The notes below the pieces were generated by a model that was not told the origin of the DNA, did not search any database, and worked only from the letters and a program-made list of their open reading frames with translations. From the NCBI RefSeq assembly GCF_963921235.1, contig NC_086097.1, positions 25,050,001-25,114,000 of the forward strand: a DNA stretch of 64,000 nt. The letters run 5' to 3'. Origin of the DNA: Mobula hypostoma (lineage: Eukaryota). Every line of letters begins with the position of its first letter. Position 1 is the stretch's first letter. The translations under genes and the position numbers were made by a program. Of this stretch, positions 24,538 to 35,425 are shown piece by piece.

Positions 24538-25273
24538 GAAAAAGGATCTAGTGCTCTCCCGGCGTATATGACTAATAAACTCTTCTCGGGCTTCCAGCTG
24601 GGTACAGGTATCAAATTTTAACCAACATTTCAATGACAAACTCTGCCATCTTCATCAGGGTTGATACCTGGGCATGTCTATTCCAGTGGTACTTATACCT
24701 CTGTCATCTGTCCCTCCTGATTGGTTAGTCTTCATCCAATCAGTTTTCCACTCTCCCACCTTGTTTACAATCGGATTGCAGTTCTTACTAAGAGCAAAAG
24801 CTTCTTCTTTGTTAAAATTCTTTTCCTCCAGTTTTATTTCAATGGCTTCTTTTACCAAGCCGTCCCAAAGGCCATTGGTGCAGCGCAGTAGTTTTGTGTC
24901 ATTGAAGTCAATCCTATGGCTATTGCAAATGTAATGTTCTGCTACCACTGATTTCTCCAGGTAACCCAAACAGATACACCTCCTGTGCTCCTTGACTGGT
25001 GTTTCCACCGTGTATCCCTTCTGGCCGATGTTCCACCTTCACAGGAAATCTGAGTGTCGAGTCATCTTTGACTCACATAAGCCGTGATTTGAGCTTCCTT
25101 ACGGGTTTGTGGATGTTATTAATCTGGTACTTCTTAGGGATCCTGGCGATCATCCTTCCACAAACCATGGAAATATAGGGAAGACAGGCGGTAGCGATGG
25201 GCAGAGCTTGTCATCAAAACATTGGTTGAAATCAATAGCTGTACCGGGCTGAAAATCCGAGAAGAGTTTTCAG
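24538..25273 (-). mobile_element. Second PLE family (Poseidon-like) 3' end with GIY-YIG C-terminus and inverted pLTR at the 5' end
   Basis: KEHRRCICLGYLEKSVVAEH..HRIDFNDTKLL..LVKEAIEIK..NFNKEE; 25197-25270 is an inverted copy of 24575-24650; TSD ttagaacttt at 24528-24537 and 25274-25283. Confidence 0.85.
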
Positions 25274-27023
25274 TTAGAACTTTATTCCCTAGAGCATAAG
25301 AGAATGAGAGGAAATTTGATAAATGTATACATAAATATGAGGAGTAATTGCAGGCAGGTTTTTTCTACTGAAGTTGAGTAAGACTAGGTCTTGACTTTAA
25401 CAGTGCATTGTACACTTACATTTGACATAACAAGGTGCAACACTTCACATTTGGACGGATTAAACTCCATCTGCCATATCTGCAACTGATCTATATCCCA
25501 CTGTACTCTTTCCCAGTCTTCTGTGCGATCCACAACACTACCAATCTTCATATCATCTGCAAACTTACTGACCCATCCATTTACATTTTCATCCAAGTCA
25601 TTTACCGTATATACATTACAAACAGCAGAGATCCCAGTACAGATTACTGCAGAACACCACTAATCACAGACCTCCACCTAGAATAAGTCCCTTCGATAAC
25701 TACCCTCCATTTTTTTTGGACAAGCCAGTTCTGAATCCAAATGGCCAATTCACCAGGGACCACATACACCGTAATCTTCTGGATGAGCCTCCCATGAGGG
25801 ACCTTGTTAAGCAACTTATTAAAGTCCATGTAGACAACATCCACAGCTCTACCTTCATCAATCACCCTCATCACCTCATCAAAAACCTCAATCAAGTTAG
25901 TAAGACATGACTTGCCTTGGACAAAGCCATGGGGGCTCTCCCTAATAACCTATGGTTTTCAGAACATTCATAAATCCTGCCCCTAAGCATTCTCTTCAAT
26001 AACTTCCCTACCTGATGTGAGACTCACTGGTCTACAGTTTCCAGGATTATCCCTAGTTCCCTTCATGAATAACAGAACAACATTAGCTACTCGCCAGTTC
26101 TCCAGGACTTTGCCTGTGGCTAGAAAGGGCAGGAAGATATTGGTCAAGGTCCCAGTAATCTCACCTCATGCATCTCTTAATATCCTGGGGCATATCCTAT
26201 CAAGTTCTGGGGACTTATCCGCATTAATGATCTTTAAGAGAACCAACAATGCCTCTTACCTTCCACGTCCTTCTCATTGGCAAATAATGATATAAAGTAC
26301 TCATTAAAGACCTCATCCACATTCTCCACATCCAAGCAAATGCGCTCCGCCCCACTTTATCTTTGAGTGGTCCTACCCTCTCCCTAATTATCCTCTTGCT
26401 CTTGATGTACTTATAGACTGCTTTGAGATTCCCTTCAATCCTACTTGCCAAGGGCATTTCATGGTCCCTCCTGGTTTTCTTAATTCCCTTCTTGAGTTGT
26501 TTATAATCCTCAAGGGCTCTATTTGATTCTAGCTTCCTATGTTTTCCTTTTGCTTCTTGAAAAATTTATCACCTCTCTCAACATCCAAGAGCTTTTACTT
26601 TGCCATCCTTGTCCTTCCTTCTGACCGGAACATACCTGTCCTGTACTTTGTGCAGTTGGTCTTTACACACCCTCCACATGTCAGGTGTGGACTTGCTCAA
26701 AATAGCTGTTCCCAATTAACTTTGTAGTTCCTTTCTAGTGCTCTCATAATTTGCCCTACTCCAGTTTAATGCTCTCCCACAAATTCCATTTTTATTCTTA
26801 TCTATAGCTATCAAGAAAATGAAAGAATTGTCGTCACTGTTCCTAACTGTTCACCCACTGAAACATTAGCCATCTGGCCAGGCTCATTACCCAACAGCAG
26901 GACCAGTACAGCCACTCCTCTTGTTGGACTATCTACATATTAATTTAAGACACTCTCCTGAATGCACCTAACAAATTTTGCCCCATCTAAACCTCTCGGA
27001 CTAAGGAGGCCCCAGTTTATAAA

Positions 27024-27610
27024 GAGGGAGGGGGGAAGCCCAGAGGATGGGCAACGAGTATGGTGAGAGGGACAGAGGGAGAAAATTCCATCTGGGTAGC
27101 CTCCAACCTGATGGCATGGATATCGACTTCTCTAACTTCCATTAATGCCCCACCTCCCCACCATACCCCATCCGTTATTTATTTATTTATTTGTTTATTA
27201 TTATTATTATTAACTTTTTTCTCTCTCCTTTTCCTCCCTCTGTCCCTCTCACCATACTCCTTGCCCATCCTCTGGGCTTCCCCCCTCCCCCTTTCTTTCT
27301 CCCTTAGGCCTCCTGTCCCATGATCCTCTCCCTTCTCCAGCCTCATATCTCTTTTGCCAATCAACTTCCCAGCTCTTGGCTCCATCCCTCCCCCTCCTGT
27401 CTTCTCCTATCATTTCGGATGTCCCCCTCCCCCTCCCACTTTCAAATCTCTTACTATCTCTTCTTTCAGTTAGTCCTGACGAAGGGTCTCGGCCTGAAAC
27501 GTCGACTGCACTTCATCCTATAGATGCTGCCTGGCCTGCTGCGTCCATCAGCACTTTTTGTGTGTGTTGCTTGAAATTCCAGCATCTGCAGATTTTTCCT
27601 TGTGTTTGCG
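27024..27610 (+). mobile_element. Neptune PLE 3' end with short 5' inversion; hammerhead core at 27476-27503
   Basis: 27024-27085 is the reverse complement of 27228-27290; agtcCTGACGAagggtctcggcctGAAAcGTCgact. Confidence 0.88.
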
Positions 27611-28444
27611 CTTTTAAAAACCCTGGGATATTGAGCACTCATCCTTGCCCTTGCCTCCTGCACCATTTCTTCATCCACTCATTCATCTGTACTATCATTC
27701 TATTCCTGCCCTGATTAATACATAGCACCAGGAGTAATTCAGAGATTACTACCTTGGAGGTCCTGCTCTTCAGTCCCTTTCCTAATTCTCTATACTCACT
27801 GTACAGAACCTCTTTCTCCTTTCTACCGTTGTCACTGGTGCCAATGTGCACCACGACCTCTGGATGAATCACCCTCCCCTTGAGAATATTCTACTTCCAA
27901 TCTGAGATATCCTGGATCCTAGCACCTGGGAGACAACACACCATCTTGGTGTCTCTTTCGCAACCACAGAATCTCCTGTCTGTCTCCATAATCACTGAGT
28001 CTCCAATTACTACCACTCTGCCTGACTGAGCCTTAGAGCCGGCCACATTGCCACAGGCCTGGCTGCTGCTGCTGTTCCCTGATAGCTTATCCACCCCCCA
28101 GCAGTATCCAAAGGGGTTTACTTGTTGCTGAGGGGAATGGCCACAGGAGAACCATGCCCTGACTGCCAACTCCCCCTACTTCTCCTGGTGGTCACCCATC
28201 AGCACAAGTTTCATATTTGGGGTTTTCAGCCACACGGATGGTCCTAAGTACATCCAGCTCCAGCTCCAATTCCTTCACCTTGTCAGTCAAAAGATGAAGT
28301 TGGGTGCACACCCTGAAGATGTAGTCATCAGGCAGACCAACAACAACAAATAACAGGAATTCTGCAGATGCTGGAAATTCAAGCAACACACATAAAAGTT
28401 GCTGGTGAACGCAGCAGGCCAGGTAGCATCTCTAGGAATAGGTG

Positions 28445-28486
28445 CAGTCGACGTTTCAGGCCGAGACCCTTCGTCAGGACTAACTG
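28445..28486 (-). ncRNA. Minimal hammerhead ribozyme motif in the Neptune pLTR
   Basis: Minus strand cagttagtc-CTGACGA-agggtctcggcct-GAAA-c-GTC-gactg. Confidence 0.75.
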
Positions 28487-30089
28487 AAGGAAGAGTGAGT
28501 AAGGGATTTGAAAGTTGGAGGGGGAAGGGGAGATGCAAAATGATAGGAGAAGACAGGAGGGGGAGGGATGGAGCCAAGAGCTGGACAGGTGATAGGCAAA
28601 AGGGATACAAGAGGATCATGGGACAGGAGGTCCGGGAACAAAGACGGGGGGGGAGGGGACCCAGAGGATGGGCAAGGGGTATATTCAGAGGGACAGAGGG
28701 AGAAAAAGGAGAGTGAGAGAAAGAATGTGTGCATAAAAATAAGTAACAGATGGGATACGAGGGGGAGGTGGGGCATTAGCAGAAGTTAGAGAAGTCGATG
28801 TTCATGCCATCAGGTTGGAGGCTACCCAGGCAGAATATAAGGTGTTGTTCCTCCAACCTGAGTGTGGCTTCATCTTTTCAGTAGAGGAGGCCGTGGATAA
28901 ACATGTCAGAATGGGAATGGGATGTGGAATTAAAATGTGTGGCCACTGGGAGATCCTGCTTTCTCTGGCGGACAGAACATAGATGTTCAGCAAAGCGGTC
29001 TCCCAGTCTGCGTCGGGTCTCGCCAATATATAAAAGGCCACATCGGGAGCACCGGACGCAGTATATCTCCCCAGCCGACTCACAGGTGAAGTGTTGCCTC
29101 ACCTGGAAGGACTGTTTGGGGCCCTGAATGGTGGTGAGGGAGGAAGTGTAAGGGCATGTGTAGCACTTGTTCCGCTTACACGGATAAGTGCCATGAAGGA
29201 GATCAGTGGCAAGGGATGGGGGGGACGAATGGACAAGGGAGTTGCGTAGGAAGCGATCCCTGCGGATGCGGGGGGGGGGGAGGGAAAGATGTGCTTAGTT
29301 GTGGGATCCCGCTGGAGGTGGCGGAAGTTACGGAGAATAATATGTTGGACCCAGAGGCTGGTGGGGTGGTAGGTGAGGACCAGGGGAACCCTATTCCTAG
29401 TGGGGTGGCGGGAGGATGGAGTGAGAGCAGATGTACGTGAAATGGGGGAGATGTGTTTAAGAGCAGAGTTGATAGTGGAGGAAGGGAAGCCTCTTTCTTT
29501 AAAAAAGGAAGACATCTCCCTCGTCCTAGAATGAAAAGCCTCATCCTGAGAGCAGATGCGGCGGAGACGGAGGAATTGCAAGAAGGGGATGGCGTTTTTG
29601 CAAGAGACAGGGTGAGAAGAGGATTGGTCCAGATAGCTGTGAGAGTCAGTAGGCTTATAGTAGACATCAGTGGATAAGCTGTCTCCAGAGACAGAGACAG
29701 AAAGATCTAGAAAGGGGAGGGAGGTGTCGGAAATGGACCAGGTAAACTTGAGAGCAGGGTGAAAGTTGGAGGCAAAGTTAATAAAGTCAACGAACTCTGC
29801 ATGCGTGCAGGAAGCAGCGCCAATGCAGTCGTCAATGTAGCGAAGGAAAAGTGGGGGATAGATACCAGAATAGGCATGGAACATAGATTGTTCCACAAAG
29901 CCAACAAAAAGGCAGGCATAGCTAGGACCCATACGGGTGCCCATAGCTACACCTTTAGTTTGGAGGAAGTGGGAGGAGCCAAAGGAGAAATTATTAAGAG
30001 TAAGGACTAATTCCGCTAGACGGAGCAGAGTGGTGGTAGAGGGGAACTGATTAGGTCTGGAATCCAAAAAGAAGCGTAGAGCTTTGAGA

Positions 30090-30262
30090 CCTTCCTGATG
30101 GGGGATGGAAGTATATAGGGACTGGACATCCAACCTTCCTGATGGGGGATGGAAGTATATAGGGACTGGACATCCAACCTTCCTGATGGGGGATGGAAGT
30201 ATATAGGGACTGGACATCCAATCTTCCTGCTGGGGGTTGGAAGTATATAGGGACTGGACATC
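30090..30262 (-). repeat. 44-bp tandem repeat x~4 of the RT motif-A coding segment at the PLE 5' junction
   Basis: cttcctg.tggggg.tggaagtatatagggactggacatc begins at 30091, 30135, 30179 and 30223. Confidence 0.95.
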
Positions 30263-31199
30263 AGGCAGACCGTTGGGTACCCTGTAATTCCTCATCTCAC
30301 AGGAAGAGCATTCAACCACCTTAACTACCATCCTGCCCCGCACTGAATTAAGGACTAAGGATTTACAGACAACAACAAAAAAAACCTTTCCTGTTCTTGC
30401 CTATGCCTTCTCTCTGAAACCTTTGTGTTTTGCCCTCACCTGGGTCACTGACTCAGCCTCTTCTCACTGAGCTTTGGCTCTAAAAGGCCCCACTCACTTT
30501 TTAAAACTGGCACATAAAGTTCACAAGGGACTGTTTCCAACTCTCTCCTCAATCTCTTGCTCTCAAGACAAGTCCCAACAGGCTCCACTTGCTTTTTAAC
30601 ATTGGCAAATAAAGTCCACAAGGAATTCTCTCCATGAAAAGGTTTGGGAACTTTATGACTGACTACAGAGCAGGATACTCTGTGTAATAGTTTCATGGTA
30701 TCATTCATGAACATTAAGAGCAGTGCAAGGGTAGGAATAGGCTGCAAACATTGGCTGGGATTAACTGTGGCATTGCCTTCATTGAAAAACTTACTACTGC
30801 TCTTGAGGGGAATTAAACCCTGACATGGGTAATGTCACTACAAGAAACCAGAAAAGAGAAAAAGAAAGAGACCAAATAATCTCTCCAACACACACAAAGT
30901 GCTGGAGGAACTTGTCAGGTGTCGGCCCAAAACATCGACTGTTTATTCTCCTCCATAGATGCTGTCTGACCTGCTATGTTCCTCCAGCATTTTGTGTGTA
31001 TCGCTCAAGATTTCCAGCATCTGCAGAATATCTTGTGACTATAAGCAATCTCTCTTGACGTTTTAATAACATCTCCACTCAAATACTCGCAAGAAAATAA
31101 ATCTTAAGGTAGTATATGGTAGCACATACGTACTTTGATGCTAAATTTACTTGAACTTTGAATTTGGAATATTGTGTTCAGTTTTGGTCACCCATTATA

Positions 31200-31490
31200 A
31201 GGGCACCATAGTAACTTAGCAGTTAGTACGACGTTATTACGGCTGGGGCATCTGAGTTCAGAGGTCAATTCCAGCATCCTCTGTAAGCAAGTTTGTATGT
31301 TCCTTCCCTTGTGCATGTGGGTTTCCTCTGGGTGATCCGGTTTCCACCCACAGTGCAAAAATGTACCAGGAAGTAGCTTATTGGTCATTGTAACTTGTCC
31401 TGTAACTAGGTTTGGGTTAAATAGGTGGGTTGCTGGACAGTACCACTCATTGGGCCTTAAGGGCTGTTTCACACTATATCTCTGAAATAA
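31200..31490 (+). mobile_element. V-SINE/HE1-like SINE within a CR1 fragment
   Basis: tRNA-like head; gtttgtatgttc..tgggtttcctctgggtgatccggtttccacccacag. Confidence 0.75.
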
Positions 31491-31784
31491 GAAAGCAGGA
31501 AAGATGCCACTTAGCTGGAAACAGGGCAGAGGAGATTTACAAGTATGTTGCAAGGTCTCGAGGAACTGAGTGATGGTAAGGAGTTGAACAGATTGGTAAT
31601 TTATTCATTAGAACATAGCAGAATGAGAGGTGATCTTACAGAGGCGTATAAAATCATGAGGGGCATCGACAGGGGGAATGCACTCTGTCTTTTTTCCCAG
31701 GGTTTAGCATAAGCTTAAGGTGAGAGGGGAGAGATTTAATAAGAAACTGAGGGACCAATTATTTCACCCAGTGGATTGTACATA

Positions 31785-32270
31785 CACTCGATGGCCACTT
31801 TATTAGATGCCTCTTCTGTCTCTTCCAGCTTCTTCTTCTTCTGCCTCTTCTCTCTTCCAGCTCTTCTGCTGCTGTCGTCCATTTACTTCAAGATTCGGCA
31901 TGTTGTGTGTTTGGAGATGTTCTTCTGCACAGCACTGTTCTAACAGCAGGTTATTTGAGTTACTGTCATCTTCCTGACAACTTGAACCAGTCTGGCCATT
32001 CTCCTCTGACCTCTCTCATTAACAAGGCATTTACACCCATAGACCCCTGTTCACTGGTTGTTTTTGGTTTTTTTTTCACAGTTCTCTGTAAACTCTGGAG
32101 AAAGTTCTATATGAAAGTTCCAAGAAATCAGCAGTTTCTGAGATACTCAAGCCACCAAGTCTGACACCAAGAGTCATTCCATGGTCAAAGTCACTTGCAA
32201 TGTTTGGTCTGAACAACAACTGAACCTCTTGACCATATCTGCATGCTTTTATAAATTGAGTTTAGGTTCA
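31785..32270 (-). mobile_element. Tc1-like derivative (same family as 17500-18018)
   Basis: tggccacttt.attag TIR; reverse complement of tgactttgaccatggaatga..ggtgtcag, gttaatgagagaggtcagaggagaatggccagact. Confidence 0.8.
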
Positions 32271-32494
32271 TGGATAGGAAATGTTTAGAGCGATAAGGGC
32301 CAACTGTAGGCAAATGGGATTTGCTTAGATGGGTGCCTTGGCTGGCATGGACCATTTGGGCCTGAATCCATGCTGTATGTCTTTATGACTCTAAAGATAA
32401 AGAGTGCTTAGATAATGGAGTTGAAAATTTAAGCTCATTTAAGAGACAGTGAGATAATTGGTTGCTTGTTAAATTAAAGTTGAGTTTATTTTGA

Positions 32495-33005
32495 AACCAA
32501 GTACTCTGAACTAGCAACTGAAGCTGCCCAGAATGGCTGGAAGACCAAGATTTTCCCTGTAGAAGTGAGATGCAGGGGATTCGTTGCTACATCTACGAGG
32601 AAGATGGAGGTGAGGGGTGACTCCCTCCAACAAGCAATCAAGTCCTTGTCAAATGCAGCAGAAGAAAGCAGCAATTGGATTTGGATTAAAAGGAAAGACA
32701 ACAACTGGGCTGCAAGATGAAGACAGGAGGGTATGGAACTGAGGGGGGGGGGTATCTGGGACGCCAGGTAGCACCGTTGAGCCCTCTGGAGACGTCGTGG
32801 GCTTATCAACGAAACGTCAAAGAAGGAGGGTGCCCACCTGATAACCCTGATGGCGTACCTACCCTCCCTCCTTGTCACCACTCCAAGCCCACTGCCAACA
32901 TCAAGAGTGCTGACTTACCATAGGGATTGAAACATCATCCTAGTAGCTCTACTCCACTGCTCTACTTATATGCATAAGTACATAAGACCCTAAGTAAATA
33001 AGATC
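32495..33005 (+). mobile_element. Hero-clade (RLE endonuclease) non-LTR retrotransposon 3' end
   Basis: 32499-32720 reads KYSELATEAAQNGWKTKIFPVEVRCRGFVATST..AIKSLSNAAEESSNWIWIKRKDNNWAAR*. Confidence 0.8.
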
Positions 33006-33984
33006 ACTAATCTGTAGTGATTATGATTTTGTCAGTTGGTTCAGGAACTGAATGATATAGGGAAAGTAACTGGTCTTGAACATGCTGGTGTTGGACTTCA
33101 GGTTTCTTACCTCCTGCCCAATGGTAGCTCTGAGAAGATGGCATGATCCAGATGGTGAGGATCTATGATAATGAAGGTTGCCTTCTTGAGGGAATACCTC
33201 CTGTAGATACAACCAATGGTGGGGAGGAATGTGGACTTGATGCATTGGTCAGAATCCACTACTCTCTGCAACTTATGCTCCTGCCATGCCAGTCCATGAT
33301 GCAACCAGTCAGGATACTTTCATTTATAGAGTTTCCTTAACCTCCTAAGAAAGTAATGAAGTTGACATGCTTTCCATAAGGCTAAGATGGAGCGATCGGC
33401 CGCCCTCGTCTCATGATCTCAACAGTAACTATTTCTGTGAAGATTTCTACCACCCACAGAGACCAATTACAGGAATTGTCACCGCCAACACAGCACAGGA
33501 CCAGTTTAATCTAATGCGGCAACTACCTGCTGAGAGAGGTGAAATTAACAAATTTTCACCAGTTACTTGCACAAAAATAGTCTTCTTCAGATTAATTTCA
33601 CCGATGATTTCACTGTAAAAAAAATGATTGTTTTCAAAGAAGCACACAGAAATATAAATTTACAATTCTTAACACAAATCCATAATAATAAATGCACCTA
33701 TTCAAAAGTTTACAAATGTAATCAAGTTAAAAAATTGTATTTTAAGAGTAGAAAGCTATTTCTTTGAACATCTGACCTCAGTAAACTATTGTGTTTGTTT
33801 AAGAGGAACACTCTATTCTCTTGTAATGGTTCATTTTGGAGTTCTGTCCATAAAAATTGGCCAAAAATAAATGCTTTAAGCCTTGATTAATAAACACAGA
33901 ATAAGTATTTCTTCAAAGTCAAAGAAATACCTATGAATCTCTGCAATTCTCCACCACAGGAGGCAGTGAATATTCAGCTGCAGA

Positions 33985-34458
33985 GAACCTCCTGTATCTC
34001 CACTGAATGCATATTCATGGTCTCCCGCTACTGTAGCCCATCCATTTCAAAGTTCGATGTGTTATGCATACAGAGATGCTCTTCTGTTCACCACTATTAC
34101 AATGTGTGGTTATTTAGGTTATTGTTGCCTTCCTGTCATCTTGAACCGGTTTGGTCATTCTCTGACCTCTCTCATTAACAAGCTGCTTTTGCCCACAGAA
34201 CTGATACTCATTGGATTTTTGTTGTGTTTTTCACACCATTCTCTGTAAACTCTGGAGAATGTTACGCATGAAATTCCCAGAAGATAAGCAGATTATGAGA
34301 TACTCAAACCACCCCTTCTGGCACCAACAATCATTCCATAGTCAAAGTTACTTACGTGCTTTTATGCCTTGAGTTGGTGCCATATGATTGGCTGATTAGA
34401 TATTTACATTAACAAGCAAGAGTACAGATGTACATAATAAAGTGGCCACGGAGTGTGT
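33985..34458 (-). mobile_element. Tc1-like derivative
   Basis: Same family motifs; ends aataaagtggccacggagtg. Confidence 0.8.
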
Positions 34459-34687
34459 AATCAAAGTTGAAATCAATTTGAACAGATGAATCCAGATGTA
34501 ACCTCTTCTCTTCATTCTTGTCTACCCACAGTAACCTATCTCCCCCTTATTTGTCAATAAACTAATTCTGACTAATTCTATTCCAACACTTTACTTCTTT
34601 CAGGACATGAGTGTGATGTGAAGATCAGACGCCTTCAGAGAAATTAAGTCATTTCACCACCTTCTCAAGTAAGTGACTCCTTTTATT

Positions 34688-35425
34688 CAAGTTCAAGGTC
34701 AAGTTTATTTGTCATTCAACCATGAATACATCCCAACAAAACAGCATTACTCCAGGGCCAAAGTGCAAAACACAGTACCAAGCACAGCACAAGGCACATA
34801 ATAGCTCGTATAAGATAATAAGTACATATAAAGTAGCAGTAAAATACAAACACATAAAAAAGTAGTCCAAGTCCCTGAGTCCGTGAACGTTGCAGCAGTC
34901 TGCTGTCAAACACAATACAGTTGTCTTCTGCCAAGCAAACACTGGGGGGCAGCAGCAACCCGCACTGCTGCACCAGACCGCCTCTCCGGTGGAGTGCACT
35001 GACTCCGACGCCTCTGGCTTTCCTGGCTGATAACATGGCTTAAAGCCTAGTCCTCGTAACAACCAAGGCCACGTGGCTCCCCCACTGTCTGCTAATAAAC
35101 CAGTGAATTAGAATTCAGCACTCCACATTAACAATGTCCAACAGGGTCTTGCGATCACAAGAAAAGCAGCTAAGACCACACACCTCCTTCATGCTCACAC
35201 TCCGACGCCCCTCTGATGCAAGCAGTAGCACAATCCGCACCAGGTCCAGCTCCTTCAGTTTCCCCACCAATGACCAATTCACTGATGGAATAGACCTGCA
35301 GAACTTTAAGCACTTAATGTCTAGCCAGGTCTTGCAGTCATAATAAATAAGTTTAAAAAAGACAATAACACCTTTGGTTGGTCCTGTAGAAGCCACAGTG
35401 TCCGAGAGCGCCACCATCTAACTGG
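34688..35425 (-). mobile_element. Non-autonomous LINE-derived element (family of 12928-13540)
   Basis: 5' agatggtggcgctc on minus strand; shared body and 3' (ttgaac) tail. Confidence 0.6.

Larger units (their letters stand above)
28339..30262 (-). mobile_element. Young 5'-truncated Neptune-clade PLE: RT, Cys linker, GIY-YIG endonuclease, pLTR with hammerhead
   Basis: DVQSLYTSIP, GVAMGTRMGPSYACLF, LRYIDD, LPFLD, YYKPTDSH; linker PCKRNKCYTC; EIYCVRCSRCGLLYIGET; frameshift at G run 29270-29280; 13-bp TSD catcaggcagacc at 28326-28338 and 30259-30271. Confidence 0.95.
25385..30500 (-). mobile_element. Long degenerate CR1 including 5' UTR, ORF1 (Zn-finger, coiled coil, SGNH esterase) and ORF2; hosts two Neptune PLE insertions
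   Basis: ORF1: VECSSCEM..GLPD|DYIFRVCTQLHLLTDKVKELELELD, VVVIGDSVI, VCCLPGARIQD, VVVHIGTSD; ORF2: VDVVYMDFNK, KFADDMKIG. Confidence 0.88.

Noticed and set aside
30090..30262. CRISPR-like array
   Set aside because: Units are contiguous with no unique spacers, encode PLE RT sequence, and there are no cas genes; the context is eukaryotic
34604..34668. Plus-strand exon with good ttctttcag / gtaagt sites
   Set aside because: Stops in all frames, lies in decayed repeat-like sequence, and has no partner exons
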